This document shows positions 13,501 to 26,095 of a stretch of DNA of 64,000 nt, in pieces. Position 1 is the first letter of the stretch, and the number at the start of each line of letters is the position of its first letter. The notes beneath the pieces are model-generated. The model was not told where the DNA came from, did no database searches, and saw only the letters and a program-made list of their open reading frames with translations. The translations under genes were made by a program, and so were the position numbers. The DNA comes from Octopus bimaculoides (Eukaryota): contig NC_069004.1 in assembly GCF_001194135.2 (NCBI RefSeq), positions 2,018,934 to 2,082,933 on the forward strand, given 5' to 3'.

Positions 13501-15604
13501 GCAAAATGCTTAGCAGCCGTCAGTTTTCACATTCTGAGTCCCCCACTCCACCCCCACCCTGAAATTGCTGTCCTTGTGCCAAAATTTGAAACCGTCATCA
13601 TCATTATTATTAGGATGATAATTCAATAGAAATGGAACATTTTTGGGGGTTCCTGGAAACATGGGTGTTTTGGTCATCATCTTTAGACAACCCTTATTCA
13701 AGGACCTTTTGAGTGAGAGGGGTTATTTGACCTGAAGAAATTTCTAACTGGACTCTACCTACAAGGCCATGATATGATGTCAGCTTGTCAAAACTTCTGG
13801 CACTGGATATTTCAATGTTTTACAAAGTGCAAAAAAAAAAAAGAAGCTAAAATTCAACAATGTGGATTATCTTTAAAACAATTAAAAAATCTACTTACTT
13901 GTTCTAAAAGAGGATGTTCCTTTCTGTTATCAATTTCTGTAGGTGAGTTGTTAAGTATTAAATATATGCATTGCTCTACTTGACTATGTAAGAAATTGTT
14001 CCATATATATTTGAAATATAAATCCTGAAAGAAGAAATGATAAAATCTAAGAAAAAACAGATGCTGAGAAAGAGAAGGGAGGAGATGCAATCGCACAGGT
14101 AAAATGTTACTTACCAACATTACACCAATGGTCCCAGAATTTGCCAATTCTACATTGACCTCATGAGAATTGGTCTGAATTAAAGCAGTGATCAATTTTG
14201 TTATTTGTAACCTAGTATTTCCCAGAGGTGGTTCAAGTATACCAATAGTGGTTGGCATAGCACAGTACCGGGGCTGAAAAGGAAAAAAGGGAAATTATAT
14301 AGAACATCACCAGATCATCAACAAGAGTAATTTTATATTGGCTAAACACACACACACATTTCTTCTTCTTATCACTCTGTTGGTTATGACAAAAAGTGTT
14401 CCAGTTGATCCAATCAAAAGAGCAGCCTGCTTGTGAAATTAACATGCAAGAGGCTGAGTACACCACAGACATGTGTACCCTTAATGTAGTTCTCAGGGAA
14501 ATTCAGTGTAACACAGAGTGTGACAAGACTGGCCCTTTGAATTACAGGTACAACTCATTTTTGCCAGCTGAATGGACTGGAGTAATGTAAAATAAAGTGT
14601 CTTGCTCAAGGACACAACATGGTATATCAATCCAACAGATGGTAAAAACTGTTCATGACAGGGGCAGAAGCTAACAAGCTTTAAGTGACCCTCACCTTAG
14701 GTGGATTTAATAAAAGTGAATGGAAGTCCTTTATTCTGGGAGTTATAGCATACAGAACATGGTTGACACCTTGTGTTAGATTTTCAATTTCTAAACTAGA
14801 TCTCTGGTCCACTTCTCCTTCATATCTACAAGGAAAGACAAAAGAACACAATTAAGTATTTTCAAAAGTCACAAAAAACTGTAAAAACAGCAGCTTCAAA
14901 AATTCACATCATATCCTAAAACAAAACCAAAAAAAAACTAAAAAAACATGCATCTACAAACAGATTAACCTCACTTAAAAAAAATATTTTGGTACTTATT
15001 CTATCAGTCTCTTTCAACAAACTGCTAGGTTATAGGGATGTAAAAAAACCAGCAGCATTTGTCACATGGTAAAGGGGACAAACACAGGCACAAAGAGACA
15101 AATGCGCGCGTGTGCGTGTGTGTGTGTGTGTGTATACACAATGGGCTAGCACAGTTTCCACCTGCCAAATTCACTCATAAGGCATTAGTCAGCCCTGGGG
15201 CTATAAGTAAAAGATATATATATATATATATATATAGGTGCAGGTGTGGCTGTGTGGTAAAAAGCTTGCTCCCCAGCCACATGATTCTGGGTTCAGTCTC
15301 ACTGCGTAGCACCTTGGGCAAGTGTCTTCTGTTATAGCCCCAGGCTGATCAAAGCCTTGTGAGTAGATTTAGTAGACAGAAACTGAAAGAAGCCTGTCGC
15401 GTGTATGTATGTATATTTGTGTTTGTCAACCCACTCCATCGCTTGACAACTGATGTTGGTGTGTTCATGTCCCTGTAACCTAGCGGTTCAGCAAAAGAAA
15501 CCAACAGAGTAAGTACTACAGTTACAAAGAATAAGTCCTGGGGTTGATTTGTTTGACTAAAGGCAGGGCTCCAGCATGGCTACAGTAAAATGACTAAAAC
15601 AAGT

Positions 15605-15646
<42 letters not shown>

Positions 15647-18600
15647 GCACATACACACACATGTATATGGGTATATGCCGTCCAACATTTTCCTCTAGTT
15701 TATTACAGGTATGGAGACACTTGAGACATGCACTAAATACATGGCAGGTTATTAAGCATGGTCAAAGTAAATGATTCAAGTAAGAGGGTAAGTGGGGTCG
15801 GGTGGGAGGTGGAAAATACAAATAAAATTACACTTTCTTGATATCAAGCAAAATCTGTACGACAAGAAGACCGTTGACGATAACTGATTCGTTCTTTTCT
15901 CCGTCCAGTATGTTGTTTAACAAACGACCGATAACTGGTTCACTGAAAAAAGCAAAATAAATAAAAACGGTTGTTTATACAAATCTGTTGAAGAAACCAA
16001 AGAACTACAGACATTAGTCATTCATCTAACTCAATATACATTAATCATTAATCTATATATGGTAGTGTGAGAGTGCATAGCCTAGTGGTTAGGGTATCGA
16101 ATTCATGATTGCAAGATCGTGGTTTCAATTCCTGGACTGGGTGGTGTGTTGTGTTTATGAGCAAAACGCTTCGTATCACGTTGCTCTGCATTCACTTCGA
16201 CATCTGATGTGTGGTACATCATTACACCTATTCACGCAGCATCAATTTGATGGAGGAAGTGAGCTTAACGTACAGCAGGAACATATAATCAGTACAAACA
16301 AATCATTTGCACAGGTTCTTCAGTAAGAAATTGCAGAACTGTCTTTCTCGGACTACAAGAGAGTACCATCATGTATGCTAGTCATTCATCTATACACATG
16401 TCCATGCGTGACATTTAGTAAATATTACTTTTTTTTTTTTTTTGTAGTAATTGAATGAACTCAAAATCACAAGGCTGTGAGTTCAATTCCTTGACAGGGT
16501 AACAAGGCAATTCTAATCATGTTGCTCTAATCTGTTCAAGTGAAACGACTAATAGCAAGCCCAGACGCAGGTTCCTTTTCTTCCGTCTGTTTCATCCAGG
16601 GGTGTTTCCACTGGGTCACATATAATGGTTTGATCATTTGGACTAATGAAAGAAAGGAACAATGGCAATTCATATGTCAAAGAAAGTAGTGATCACAACC
16701 AGTGAAGCAGTGTGAACCAATAATCGGAACCGGTATGCAAAGAGGGTTCAGTTGAGAAACTAGTCACCCCTATAAATATTAGATTTTGCAAACTGGTATA
16801 CTTACGATTCTAAAGTTGCCAAGAGGGGATATGGTTGAGGACAATCCTGAATCTGAGACGGTTGTTCTCGACCTAATCGGACAATATCACAAAGAAATTG
16901 AGCTGCATTTGTATGAAACTGTGGAGAAAAATAAAAATAATAAAAATTAAAATAATGAAAAATGAACAATGAAAATATATAAAAGGAATGAAATAGTGCT
17001 ATACATGATTACTACCAGCTAGTAAACAAAAAACAAAAAATTAAATATTTGAATTTTATGCAACTTTTTCATTGTAATTGCAAATTCAAAGTTCTAATCC
17101 TACCTCATATTAAGAAACGATTATCTCCCTTCTTACGTCTGCTTTCCATGCTGGAATGGGTTGGACAAGTCATCATGGCCAAAGTCATTTGTCATTAGGA
17201 GCAAACATTTGTACACATCATATGGCTGGGGTTTCTATGGCTGAATGCCCTTTCTATTGCCAACCACTTTACACAATGTACTGTGCACATGTTTTCATGG
17301 CATCAAAATTTTTTTTTAAATCTAAACTCCACCCTGAACCACCTGAGCATGGAAACACCATTTCCACAAACAGGAACAGTGTTTGGCCACCCGGTTATTG
17401 ATACGATAAGAACCATACAAACAGCAGATCTGATAATGGATTTTGAAATCCAGAAGCACACACACACACATACAGCAAATACAAAAAGTCACACACACAC
17501 ACACATGCATAGTAGATACAGAAGGGGAACACACAGACACACAACAGAGAAACAACAAAGGTGGAAAATTACAGAATGGCGAATAAAAGTAACTCACATC
17601 TTCTTCAATTGATGGAACAACTTGATCCACGAGTCTTTCCACCAGTTTTTCTTCATTCAACCACTGAAATAGAAGAGAAAAGGAAATATAGACACAGAAC
17701 ATTTGCTTTAAATTTAAAGTTGAAATTCACTTGAAAATTTGGACCAAGGGAGTTTAGTGACAGAGTTCAATGATAGAGTACAAGAGATAAAATATTATTC
17801 ATGGTTTTCCACAACACAGTTTGGATTCCTTGGAACTATTTCATACATGTCTTTTATAAAGGTAAAAAGGCCAAAAATGTTAATTTGATCTTCCTATACA
17901 GTCTAAGCTTTCATCTACACACACACACACACACTCTCTCTCAATAATCAACATCCTGATAGATTTGCAAACTTTGAAAGCAACAAGTTTAAGTGCCTAG
18001 GTCACCCTTAACAGCTAATGACTAGTAAGACATCTCCAGTATTGGTACCACCATAAAACATGCCTAGTTCCTTTTCGTAGACAGTAAGCTTAAAATGTCA
18101 CCCTGCTTAACACTTTCATCTGGTTATGAAGTACATTTAGCTGAGTTCATTCGATTCAAAGCAAATGGGCCAAGCTTCCAACCAAAGAAGAACACATTCT
18201 ATTAACACACTGATTCCCACTTGGTCACTGCTTATCAGAGACAGCATGATATAAAGATTTTTCAGCCAATGCCAAATGAAAGGGGCCAAATCCAATATAT
18301 AACAGTACTTAAAAAGAAGTACTGGCATTGATTTCGTCGTAGTTTAATGTCTGTTTTCCATGCTGGCATAGGTTGGACGGTTTAAGTGGAGCTGGTAAGG
18401 CTAGGGCCCACACCAAGCGGCACTGGCATGGTTTCTACAACTGGATGCTCTTCCTAATGCCTAAATCGTTTGAGGCATGCTCCAGTATGGCCACAGGCCT
18501 ATGACTGAAACAAGCAAAAGATAAATGAAATGGAAATAATAATATAAGGTTAAAAAAAGAAGCTGACTGACCTCTATCATTTCAAACTTTAGTTTTGTAG

Positions 18601-19319
18601 ATTCTATACAGGTTATCAATCGTAACAAGAGATCCACCATTGCAGATGTACCAATATGTGTCAGTAAGGTTCCAACAAAGTCAGATTTTGATTTCAAATA
18701 TTTAAATATCTGGGGAAAAAAAAATTTAATTAAAAAAATAAAAATCGAAAATTTGCTGAATTAGTTTCAATTTTCAAATATATTTTGAGAGTATTACGGA
18801 ATGCAAACATGAATGGAAATCTTCAAATGCAAACAATACTTACCATCTCACTTTTTTTAACTGTAAGAAGGCCTATCACTTTACTGACAAAGCTAGCCAA
18901 TAAGGGATTAAGAGGGCCCTTCATCTCCAAGAACCCATATAATTTGTTTATATAAACACTATCTCCAGTTAGGCAGTCATTGATCTGAGTTACATCACAT
19001 GTCAATACTTCACAGCATGTATTTGGGTACCTTTTGGACAAAGAAACAAAGCATTAGAATCAGTTACTGTTTAAATAGTTGATTAGAGAGACATCTAAAT
19101 AGTTCAAATTTAAGGATGTTTTAATCTGAAGCAAGACGTCTTTTTGTACGATTATATCAACTGTATTTACTTGCAAATAAGTTGGACTAATTTATACTTG
19201 ATTTTAAGTGAAGAAATTGGGGTGCGACATACATGGGGCAAAACTAACAATATGAAGGGGAAAAAAATTTATACCAAGGTTTAACATTAAATTAGGGGGT
19301 TAACTTATACATAAGAAAA

Positions 19320-19363
<44 letters not shown>

Positions 19364-20338
19364 CAAAAGAAGCTGGAAAATTTTTTTTGGTATTATTTGT
19401 TCATCATGCGTACGAACAACCATGCTACATGGCAGTGAAACATGGGCTGTAACTGCTGAGGACATACGTAAGCTCGCAAGGAATGAAGCCAGTATGCTCC
19501 GTTGGATGTGTAATGTCAATNNNNNNNNNNNNNNNNNNNNNNNNNNNNNNNNNNNNNNNNNNNNNNNNNNNNNNNNNNNNNNNNNNNNNNNNNNNNNNNN
19601 NNNNNNNNNNNNNNNNNNNNNNNNNNNNNNNNNNNNNNNNNNNNNNNNNNNNNNNNNNNNNNNNNNNNNNNNNNNNNNNNNNNNNNNNNNNNNNNNNNNN
19701 NNNNNNNNNNNNNNNGCTTGTGCGGGTGGCACATAAAAGACACCATTTCGAGCGTGGCCGTTTTCGTGCGGGTGACACGTAAAAGCACCCACTACACTCT
19801 CTGAGTGGTTGGCGTTAGGAAGGGCATCCAGCTGTAGAAACTCTGCCAAATCAGACTGGAGCCTGGTGTTGCCATCCGGTTTCACCAGTCCTCAGTCAAA
19901 TCGTCCAACCCATGCTAGCATGGAAAGCGGACGTTAAACGATGATGATGATGATGATTACATATGGTTCATTTGCTTATAGGAATCACAACCCTGGGTCA
20001 TCCATGGGGCTGGGCCCTTAATGGATGTGAAACCATTGGTCACTCTATGACCAGACTTATACTCAACTGAATAAGAAATACACTATTGCTCTACGCTTTA
20101 GAGTGTGCCTCTTTTTCTGCTATATGATACAAATATATATATATATATATAAAATGAGGTTATATTATACTGGTAGGTAAGAATTCTAAACATTTTAAAG
20201 AGTGCAGTATAAATGCAGGCAACCAGAAACGTAATTTGGCAAATGCTATTACTTCATTAAAATACTTCAGATATAAACACTTTAGAGAAAACAAGAAATA
20301 AATCAACATGGAGAGAGGGAGGGAGAGAAAGAGAGTGA

Positions 20339-20435
<97 letters not shown>

Positions 20436-23400
20436 TTTAAATAATTTTACATAATTTATCTATGCTGCTGCTTTTCTCCTCATGGCTTCCACTCTTTCGC
20501 TCTGGATGTTGCTCTGTCAATGGCTGTGGTTCGCAAATGGTTCCACATTCCCCATCCACTGGCCTGCTTCTTCTTTAACAGTTCTTTTCCAGATGTTCTT
20601 GGGTCTTCGGCCCTTCCCCCTTCCATTCCAGGGGCTCATGTTGTGGCTGTCATACAATTGCTGATGAGATCTTTCCACAAGATGTGCCCAATGTACTGCA
20701 ACCTCCTTCACCATACTTCACATCTCGTGCCCTCCGTCCTAGCACTTCCCAAGCATGGCCTCCTCGCTCTTTGTATGCTCTTGCCACTGTGTCTTAAGTA
20801 TCAGCCTCAGACATCTGCACAGGAAGACATCTAGTTCCCTCTCGTCCCCTTTGGTCATTTTCTTTCTTTACCAAATATTCGAACAGTTTCATTTTGAGGC
20901 TAAAGCTGATGCTATTGGAACTACAGATGCTCTTAGGACAACTGAACGTGACTTGGGATTTGGCCAATCTGTTTACTAGGCCCATGGTACCAACATTAGA
21001 GACAAAGGTTCCTAAATATTCAAACCTGTCCAAACATTCCAATATTTCTCTATTGATCATGAAGCTGTCTGTACTTTTGAGAAATATATTTTTTATATTT
21101 TCACTCCAATGTGTTTCTGGAATAAATTTGTTTTTGTTTTCAATATTACTTGTAGATTTGCTGTTACATTTTGAAAATTGAAATAACTGACATTATGCCC
21201 AGTACAATTATACTTTTTCGGTATTTGCTATTACACCAACTTTTGAAAATTCTTCCTGTTCAGAATCACTGTAACTGAATGTGAAAGTAGCATTTGCAGG
21301 ATGTTTTTGTTTTTGGTTTTTACAAGTGGAAAAAAATTATGAAAAAGATACATACATGGAAAAAATATATGAAAAAATTTGGAGAACACAAATTTCACAT
21401 TATAAAAATGTTGGCTGATGTATAGTAAGTGTCCATCCAGTAAAATCATGGGATATCGTTAAAAGAGTAATAAGACATATCTCAATATTCTCTTTTAAAT
21501 ATAAATAGGTAATTAGGGATGGTATTGTGCAGTAACCTAGAACCATGAGAAGTTTGGGGCATTTGTTGATAGACTGATAATGAGAATTAATTAAGCATAT
21601 AAAATTAAGTGCTCTGTTCAAATTCATCTGAAATACCTGCAACTGTGGCGTACAAATTCACATCATAACCAAAAGGGGAATTTACCTATAACGCTGTTTC
21701 TCTTCAATATCTTCAGATGGTTCTTCAGTAACCATATTGACCATTTCTCTTAAGTTATCCGGACGGATAAGACTAAAATAAGAAGCAACAACCAACACAT
21801 GAGTAAGTGGACATATAAGGTCATTTAGAAAGAAAGTAAAAGATGATAAATAATGAAGTATTTCGAACAGAAATATCACAGAAATAACATCATTTAAGAG
21901 AATAGCAATTTTGTAAACTCTGACACGATACTTTATCACCAGCCGATAGTTCTGTCTCTCTCCTACTTTAAGCACCAAACAGAAAAATAAGAATACTTAC
22001 AAGTCAATAAGCTTTTTATGTCTGGCTTTACATTCTTGAAGAATATCATCTTCGTCAAGAAGTTCTTGTAAGGTAACATCCTGAAAAACAGATATTAAAA
22101 GATTGCAAGAAGACAAAGAAGAATAAAAGTCCTTTGGTTAAATTTTCTTCATCAGAATATTTTTTCAAACATTTTTTCAAACAAGATAATGAAGTTAATG
22201 TATCCAGTAATAGAAGTATTCCTACTAAATCAGTTAAATGTTCATTTTAATTTCACTGATGCTTAATACCAAATAATTCACTTTCACTTTGAGATTTTAA
22301 AATGTTTTATGATCAGAAAAGTGAAAGAATTTTTTTCATTTGAAATTGAAAATTCTTCCGTTTTCTCAGTTGAATTTAATGTCTCCAACTATCACGCTCT
22401 CTCTCTCTCTCTCTCTTCATTTATTGGTTCATGCTCCCATTACCAGCATGACCTCAAACAAAAACACATAACAAATTATGAAATATGATAGTATCATATT
22501 TAAGAAATAAGATATTTAGAGGCAGAGTTTCCAATTCAGGCTGTTTGTTGATAATTTAGTCGGTTCATTCATTTAATTTTGTTCTCTCTTTAATGGTTTA
22601 CGTTGATGTTGTCGTTGCTTTGTACCAAGTCAATCAGAAAATAAAATAGTTTACAATAAACCACACTGAAGATATAGATATATATTATTAGCGATGGAAG
22701 CAGTATTAATACCAAAAATTAATCTTTATATCCATCTTAACATGGATGTCTTGTTAGATCACTGAAGACTGCCTTATTAGCCTTGAGACATTCTCTTGTA
22801 CAGGCACTCGGTGCATAAAAGTACAATCATAGATTGTAGCAGACAAGAAGAATTGTCTGTGATGGGTGCCAGAATTCTCATATCAAGTGATTTCATTCTA
22901 CTGGAAGTCATCAGTGGGAAGTGTCGTCCAGTCACTGCATACCAGTCAAATCTCACTGCTATAGAGAATATCAGAATCTTTCCAGACACCGATGCCACAA
23001 GTAGCAAACTGGTATGATCAACATTTCCATATATTCCTGGCAGTTTCGTTTTTGAGATGCACGTATGGCTTTATGGCTAAGAAGCTTGCTTTCCAACCCT
23101 ATGCTTTCTGGTTCAATCCCACTGTGCAGCACATTGGATAAGGGCCTTTTAATTGAGCCCCTTGTTGACCCAAGTCCTGTAATTGGATCAGGTAGGCGGA
23201 AACTGAAAGAAGCCTGTCGTATGTACATGTGTATGAGTAACTGTGTGAGTGTATGTTTGTGTCTCCTTGTTTTGACATCTTATGATAGTTGTAAATAAGT
23301 GTCACTGTCATACAAGCAGTGTCATTCAATTCCAACATTCTGTGAAAACATGTCTAGCCATGGGGAAATATTACCTTGCTTGGAATTGTGTGAGAGTTGG

Positions 23401-24357
23401 TGACAGGGAGGGTGGTTGGACGTAGAAAATCTGCCTTAATTAAGGCCATCTGACGCAAGCAAGCAGGGAAAATCAGGCGGTGAAACAGTGCTGCTGATGA
23501 TATATCCATAGGTGCAGCATTAAGTCTGCACCGACACAACAGTGTGAAGCTAGGTCTGTTGCACTAACACTTGCAAAAAGTGGTTTCACAACTGAATGCT
23601 TTGCCTGTGAGACTTTACTGGTCACAGACAGATGCCTAGAGAGCACTGAATTTCATTTGGGTGTACAACAAAATGGCATAAGAAAGATTTGAAACATGTC
23701 TAGTAGAGCATAACTGCGAGTTGAATAGGATTTAGATCTTTATATAAATATTTTCTGAATGCATTATTGTAAATATTTACATGTTAAAATCACTACCTTG
23801 TTACCTTTTTCTCTTTCTTTTTATTTCTTAGTCACTGGACTGCAGCCATGCTGGAGCACTGGCTTAAAGGGTTTGCTTGAATAAACACTCCCAAATACAT
23901 ATTTAAAAAGAAAGTTTGTTTTTTTTTAATAAGCCTGGTCTTTTTCCAAACTGCCAAGTTACAGGGGTGTAAATAAACCAACACTTGTTGCCAAGTGATG
24001 ATGAAGCTATAAACACACACACACACACACACTGACAGGCTTCCTCACAGTTTACATGTAGCAAATTCACTCACAAGGTATTGGCCAGCCAGAGGCTATA
24101 GTAAAAGACATTTTGCAGTGGGACTGAATCGAAAAACCACAAAGTTGCAAAGCAAGTTTCTTCACAACCCAGCCGTACCTGCACCTACCGAAGGACGGAA
24201 ACATCAAGGAATGAGAAAATACTCCCAATCAGAAGTTAGAGACAAAGAATAATTTGGGCCCAGATCAAATGTGACGTAATGAATGTAAATAGGGACCTAC
24301 CTCTTTTTCAAGTAAAGAGTCAATGTGAGTTGAGGCAAGATTGAACTTCCAAAACAT
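3608..24357 (-). CDS. PPP6R3: Serine/threonine-protein phosphatase 6 regulatory subunit (SAPS domain), whole multi-exon CDS
   Basis: Spliced translation begins [37 protein letters not shown] and contains [71 protein letters not shown] and [11 protein letters not shown], all SAPS-family hallmarks. The first 22 exons sum to 2330 nt with every phase compatible. Probably the single invertebrate co-orthologue of PPP6R1/2/3. Confidence 0.96.
4181..4268 (-). CDS. PPP6R3: PPP6R3-like exon 22 ([28 protein letters not shown])
   Basis: GTGTTTCAG acceptor, GTACAC donor, 88 nt, phase 1 to 2. Confidence 0.8.
4632..4705 (-). CDS. PPP6R3: PPP6R3-like exon 21 ([24 protein letters not shown])
   Basis: TTTTCCAG acceptor, GTACGT donor, 74 nt, phase 2 to 1. 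Confidence 0.85.
5084..5216 (-). CDS. PPP6R3: PPP6R3-like exon 20 (AMETSPWD...QKWANFD...[15 protein letters not shown])
   Basis: CTCTTACAG acceptor, GTACGG donor, 133 nt, phase 1 to 2. Contains the WA(N/D)F motifs typical of this family's tail. Confidence 0.9.
5647..5777 (-). CDS. PPP6R3: PPP6R3-like exon 19 (acidic, [23 protein letters not shown]...KMDVDVE)
   Basis: Pyrimidine tract plus GTTGTAG acceptor, GTCAGT donor, 131 nt, phase 2 to 1. Confidence 0.9.
5935..6068 (-). CDS. PPP6R3: PPP6R3-like exon 18 ([32 protein letters not shown]...)
   Basis: GTTTGTAG acceptor, GTAAGC donor, 134 nt, phase 0 to 2. Confidence 0.94.
6597..6657 (-). CDS. PPP6R3: PPP6R3-like exon 17 ([20 protein letters not shown])
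   Basis: TTCCTGCAG acceptor, GTAAGT donor, 61 nt, phase 2 to 0. Confidence 0.92.
6921..7015 (-). CDS. PPP6R3: PPP6R3-like exon 16 ([32 protein letters not shown])
   Basis: ATCAACAG acceptor, GTGAGT donor, 95 nt, phase 0 to 2. Confidence 0.94.
7396..7590. repeat. (TA)n-rich microsatellite block
   Basis: Seen directly. Confidence 0.95.
9400..9740 (-). repeat. Second tRNA-headed SINE family (CTTGAGCAAG-CAC central motif)
   Basis: CCTTGCTCAAGGACACAAC...TACTCTAACCACTAAGC. Near-identical body at about 14385-14625 (-). Heads on plus at about 11645, 16065, 46440 and 51635. Confidence 0.75.
11426..11515 (-). CDS. PPP6R3: PPP6R3-like exon 15 ([30 protein letters not shown])
   Basis: ATTTGTAG acceptor, GTAAGT donor, 90 nt. 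Confidence 0.94.
12218..12303 (-). CDS. PPP6R3: PPP6R3-like exon 14 ([29 protein letters not shown])
   Basis: GTATTTCAG acceptor, GTATGT donor, 86 nt, phase 1 to 0. Confidence 0.95.
12698..12816 (-). CDS. PPP6R3: PPP6R3-like exon 13 ([21 protein letters not shown]...EYLK)
   Basis: TTTTTGCAG acceptor, GTAAGG donor, 119 nt, phase 2 to 1. Confidence 0.96.
13250..13314 (-). CDS. PPP6R3: PPP6R3-like exon 12 ([22 protein letters not shown])
   Basis: TATATTCAG acceptor, GTAAGT donor, 65 nt, phase 0 to 2. Confidence 0.94.
13899..14024 (-). CDS. PPP6R3: PPP6R3-like exon 11 ([20 protein letters not shown]...HPLLEQ)
   Basis: TCTTTCAG acceptor, GTAAGT donor, 126 nt. Confidence 0.96.
14115..14273 (-). 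CDS. PPP6R3: PPP6R3-like exon 10 ([23 protein letters not shown]...GTIGVML)
   Basis: CTTTTCAG acceptor, GTAAGT donor, 159 nt. Confidence 0.95.
14696..14825 (-). CDS. PPP6R3: PPP6R3-like exon 9 (YEGEVDQR...[14 protein letters not shown])
   Basis: TCCTTGTAG acceptor, GTGAGG donor, 130 nt, phase 2 to 0. Confidence 0.94.
15237..15610 (+). repeat. Composite tRNA-headed SINE, about 370 bp
   Basis: GGCTGTGTGGTAAAAAGCTTGC...GGGTTCAGTC...CCTTGGGCAAGTGTCTTC...GAAACTGAAAGAAGCC, a TG-rich linker, then a second body ending CAGCATGGC...TGACTAAAACAAGTAAAAGA. Confidence 0.85.
15832..15942 (-). CDS. PPP6R3: PPP6R3-like exon 8 ([37 protein letters not shown])
   Basis: TTTTTTCAG acceptor. The GTAATT donor was chosen for phase compatibility with the next exon. 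111 nt. Confidence 0.93.
16806..16918 (-). CDS. PPP6R3: PPP6R3-like exon 7 ([19 protein letters not shown]...PLLATLES)
   Basis: CTCCACAG acceptor, GTAAGT donor, 113 nt, phase 0 to 2. Confidence 0.95.
17598..17663 (-). CDS. PPP6R3: PPP6R3-like exon 6 ([22 protein letters not shown])
   Basis: CTATTTCAG acceptor, GTGAGT donor, 66 nt. Confidence 0.95.
18572..18709 (-). CDS. PPP6R3: PPP6R3-like exon 5 ([36 protein letters not shown]...)
   Basis: TTCCCCAG acceptor, GTCAGT donor, 138 nt, phase 0 to 0. Confidence 0.96.
18844..19030 (-). CDS. PPP6R3: PPP6R3-like exon 4 ([13 protein letters not shown]...[23 protein letters not shown])
   Basis: CCAAAAG acceptor, GTAAGT donor, 187 nt, phase 2 to 0. 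Confidence 0.96.
19380..19957 (+). mobile_element. RTE-clade LINE 3' fragment with (GAT)n tail, spanning an assembly gap
   Basis: [35 protein letters not shown]. The 3' end CCCATGCTAGCATGGAAAGCGGACGTTAAAC(GAT)n retains CpGs, which suggests a young copy. Confidence 0.85.
19521..19715. other. Assembly gap (195 N)
   Basis: Run of N inside the RTE fragment. Confidence 1.
20470..21050 (-). mobile_element. RTE-type LINE 3' relic
   Basis: [18 protein letters not shown] and [19 protein letters not shown] in shifting frames. Confidence 0.75.
21686..21772 (-). CDS. PPP6R3: PPP6R3-like exon 3 ([29 protein letters not shown])
   Basis: TTATTTTAG acceptor, GTAAAT donor, 87 nt, phase 2 to 2. Confidence 0.95.
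22001..22080 (-). CDS. PPP6R3: PPP6R3-like exon 2 ([27 protein letters not shown])
   Basis: TTTTTCAG acceptor, GTAAGT donor, 80 nt, phase 0 to 2. Confidence 0.95.
23058..23470 (+). repeat. SINE head fused to a different 3' body
   Basis: Same head as 15237, then CATACAAGCAGTGTC...GGGGAAATATTACCTTGCTTGGAA...TAGAAAATCTGCC. This body is also at about 3050-3230 and reversed at about 28160-28370 and 34900-35100. Confidence 0.75.
23815..24187 (-). repeat. Composite SINE, same family, reverse orientation
   Basis: Reverse complement of the 15237 architecture. Confidence 0.8.
24301..24357 (-). CDS. PPP6R3: PPP6R3-like coding exon 1 ([19 protein letters not shown])
   Basis: ATG at 24357. Donor GTAGGT, phase 0. 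Acceptor TTTTCAG at 24369-24370 leaves 11 nt of UTR before the ATG, so an upstream non-coding exon must exist. Confidence 0.95.
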
Positions 24358-24594
24358 GTCTCACGTATCTGAAAACATCAAACAGAAAATAAGTGGGTGG
24401 TGTTAAGTGAGCTTAACAATACTATTTTACATGGGTCATGATACACAATTAAATATAAGATATATATTGGTTGTCTCTTGGTTTACACAGGACTCGATTT
24501 GCATAGTTTCATTTTAACAGTGTTTACAATTTGGTTGATTTTTTTCTAATAACTCAATGCATATAATTTAGAAATACAAATCTGTTTATTTGTC

Positions 24595-24925
24595 ATTTCG
24601 GTCAGGTCACACTTGAGCGCAACTGGTAACATGTAACCCAGTACAACCTGTCATATGGTCGGTTCGTCGGCGACGAAACTGGCAACCCCCATCAAGCTTG
24701 CTTGGTGAGGAGAATGATTGTTGGACATCCTGTGGGATGAAAAATATGACCCGTTAAAGGGCAGAAGAACTACTGTGTAGTCAACAGCCAATTCAACAAG
24801 TACCTTGCCACGGTGAAGTGCCTGTGTGCTTCATTGACCCGGAGAGCTATGCTGGAGGGAGAGAAATCTTTAGGCAGGTCTTACCAAGCCAGACAGGTCG
24901 AAGGGTAGGAGACAGACAAAACCTC
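24595..24925 (+). mobile_element. RTE-type LINE 5' UTR relic
   Basis: CCTTGCCACGGTG...GAGAGCTATGCTGG...CCAAGCCAGACAGGTC motif resembles remembered RTE/BovB-type 5' ends. Confidence 0.5.
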
Positions 24926-25176
24926 AACAATAATAAGTGTCAGCAGTAGGATGTGGATTTAGTTATCGGCAGGACCTAACCGATCAGATTCCTGGCTTTG
25001 AACCAGAAGGATGTCATGCAGAGGATCTTGAATACAAGACAATGGATGAGATTTTCTCTCTAAGGTGGAGACTCACGTAAGGTCCATTTTTGGAAACAGT
25101 AACAATCAGCTATACATGAAAGCCTCCTTTCCTCTCCCTATGATAGGACAGGAACAAGTGTCTTGCTGAAGAACAC

Positions 25177-25198
25177 AGAGAGAGAGAGAGAGAGAGAC

Positions 25199-25266
<68 letters not shown>
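25177..25266. repeat. (GA)n microsatellite
   Basis: Seen directly. Confidence 0.95.
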
Positions 25267-25267
<1 letters not shown>

Positions 25268-26095
25268 AGTTTGAAAGAAACTACCTCATCTGTGAGTCAG
25301 ACCAGACAATGAACTGGTGAACCATTCTACACCAGGAGAAAACCAGAATTTATCATACTGCTGCTGACACTGAAAGTTGATCTAAATCCTAATTTCTATC
25401 AATAACCTCAATCTGTTATCTGGTTCATTATCAAGAAAAAGAAAAAAAAAATCTTCAGCATAACAAAACAATGTTTGAGAAATGCAATTTCTTTATCAGT
25501 TCAGAATTGCCTATATATGGTATCTGGCACTGATGAGAAGCTAACTACTTTGAAATACATGTAGCCACCAGCCTGACAGGTGGGCAGGAAAAGCTCTGAA
25601 CTGACCATGAATTTTTTTTTTTTTTGCCTCCAGTAAGAATATTTCTTCATAAACAAACTCTATTGATAAAACTTTTTATGGGTTCCAATAGCTCTCAGAC
25701 ATTAGAACTGGTTTCAAGTTTATTTTCTTCTCGGTCACTGCTTAGCACATCTACTCGGCAGGAGTTTATTAAGGTTTATAAATTTATATAATAAAATAAG
25801 AGAAAATTTATAAAACATACAATTTCCAAGGATCTCACGTTCATCTTGTTTACCTCAAATTTACCAAACTAACACAAATGTAATAGGAAGAAATTGTCAA
25901 GGCTGAATTTAATTATAACAGAACACAAATATCAAAGGACAGAAATAATCAGCGAGATTTGATAATCTTGTTTGCTTTACTTTATGACTCAAAGAGTACA
26001 GAAACTATTGACCTTTTTTATCTTACGTTTCACTCATTAGGAAATAGGATTATCTCCTTTTATTCATCATTAGCTATGAACAAAAAAAAAAAAGT

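Noticed and set aside
22796-23017. 73-aa plus-strand ORF in unique-looking sequence
   Set aside because: No recognisable domain or splice context, and antisense within an intron.
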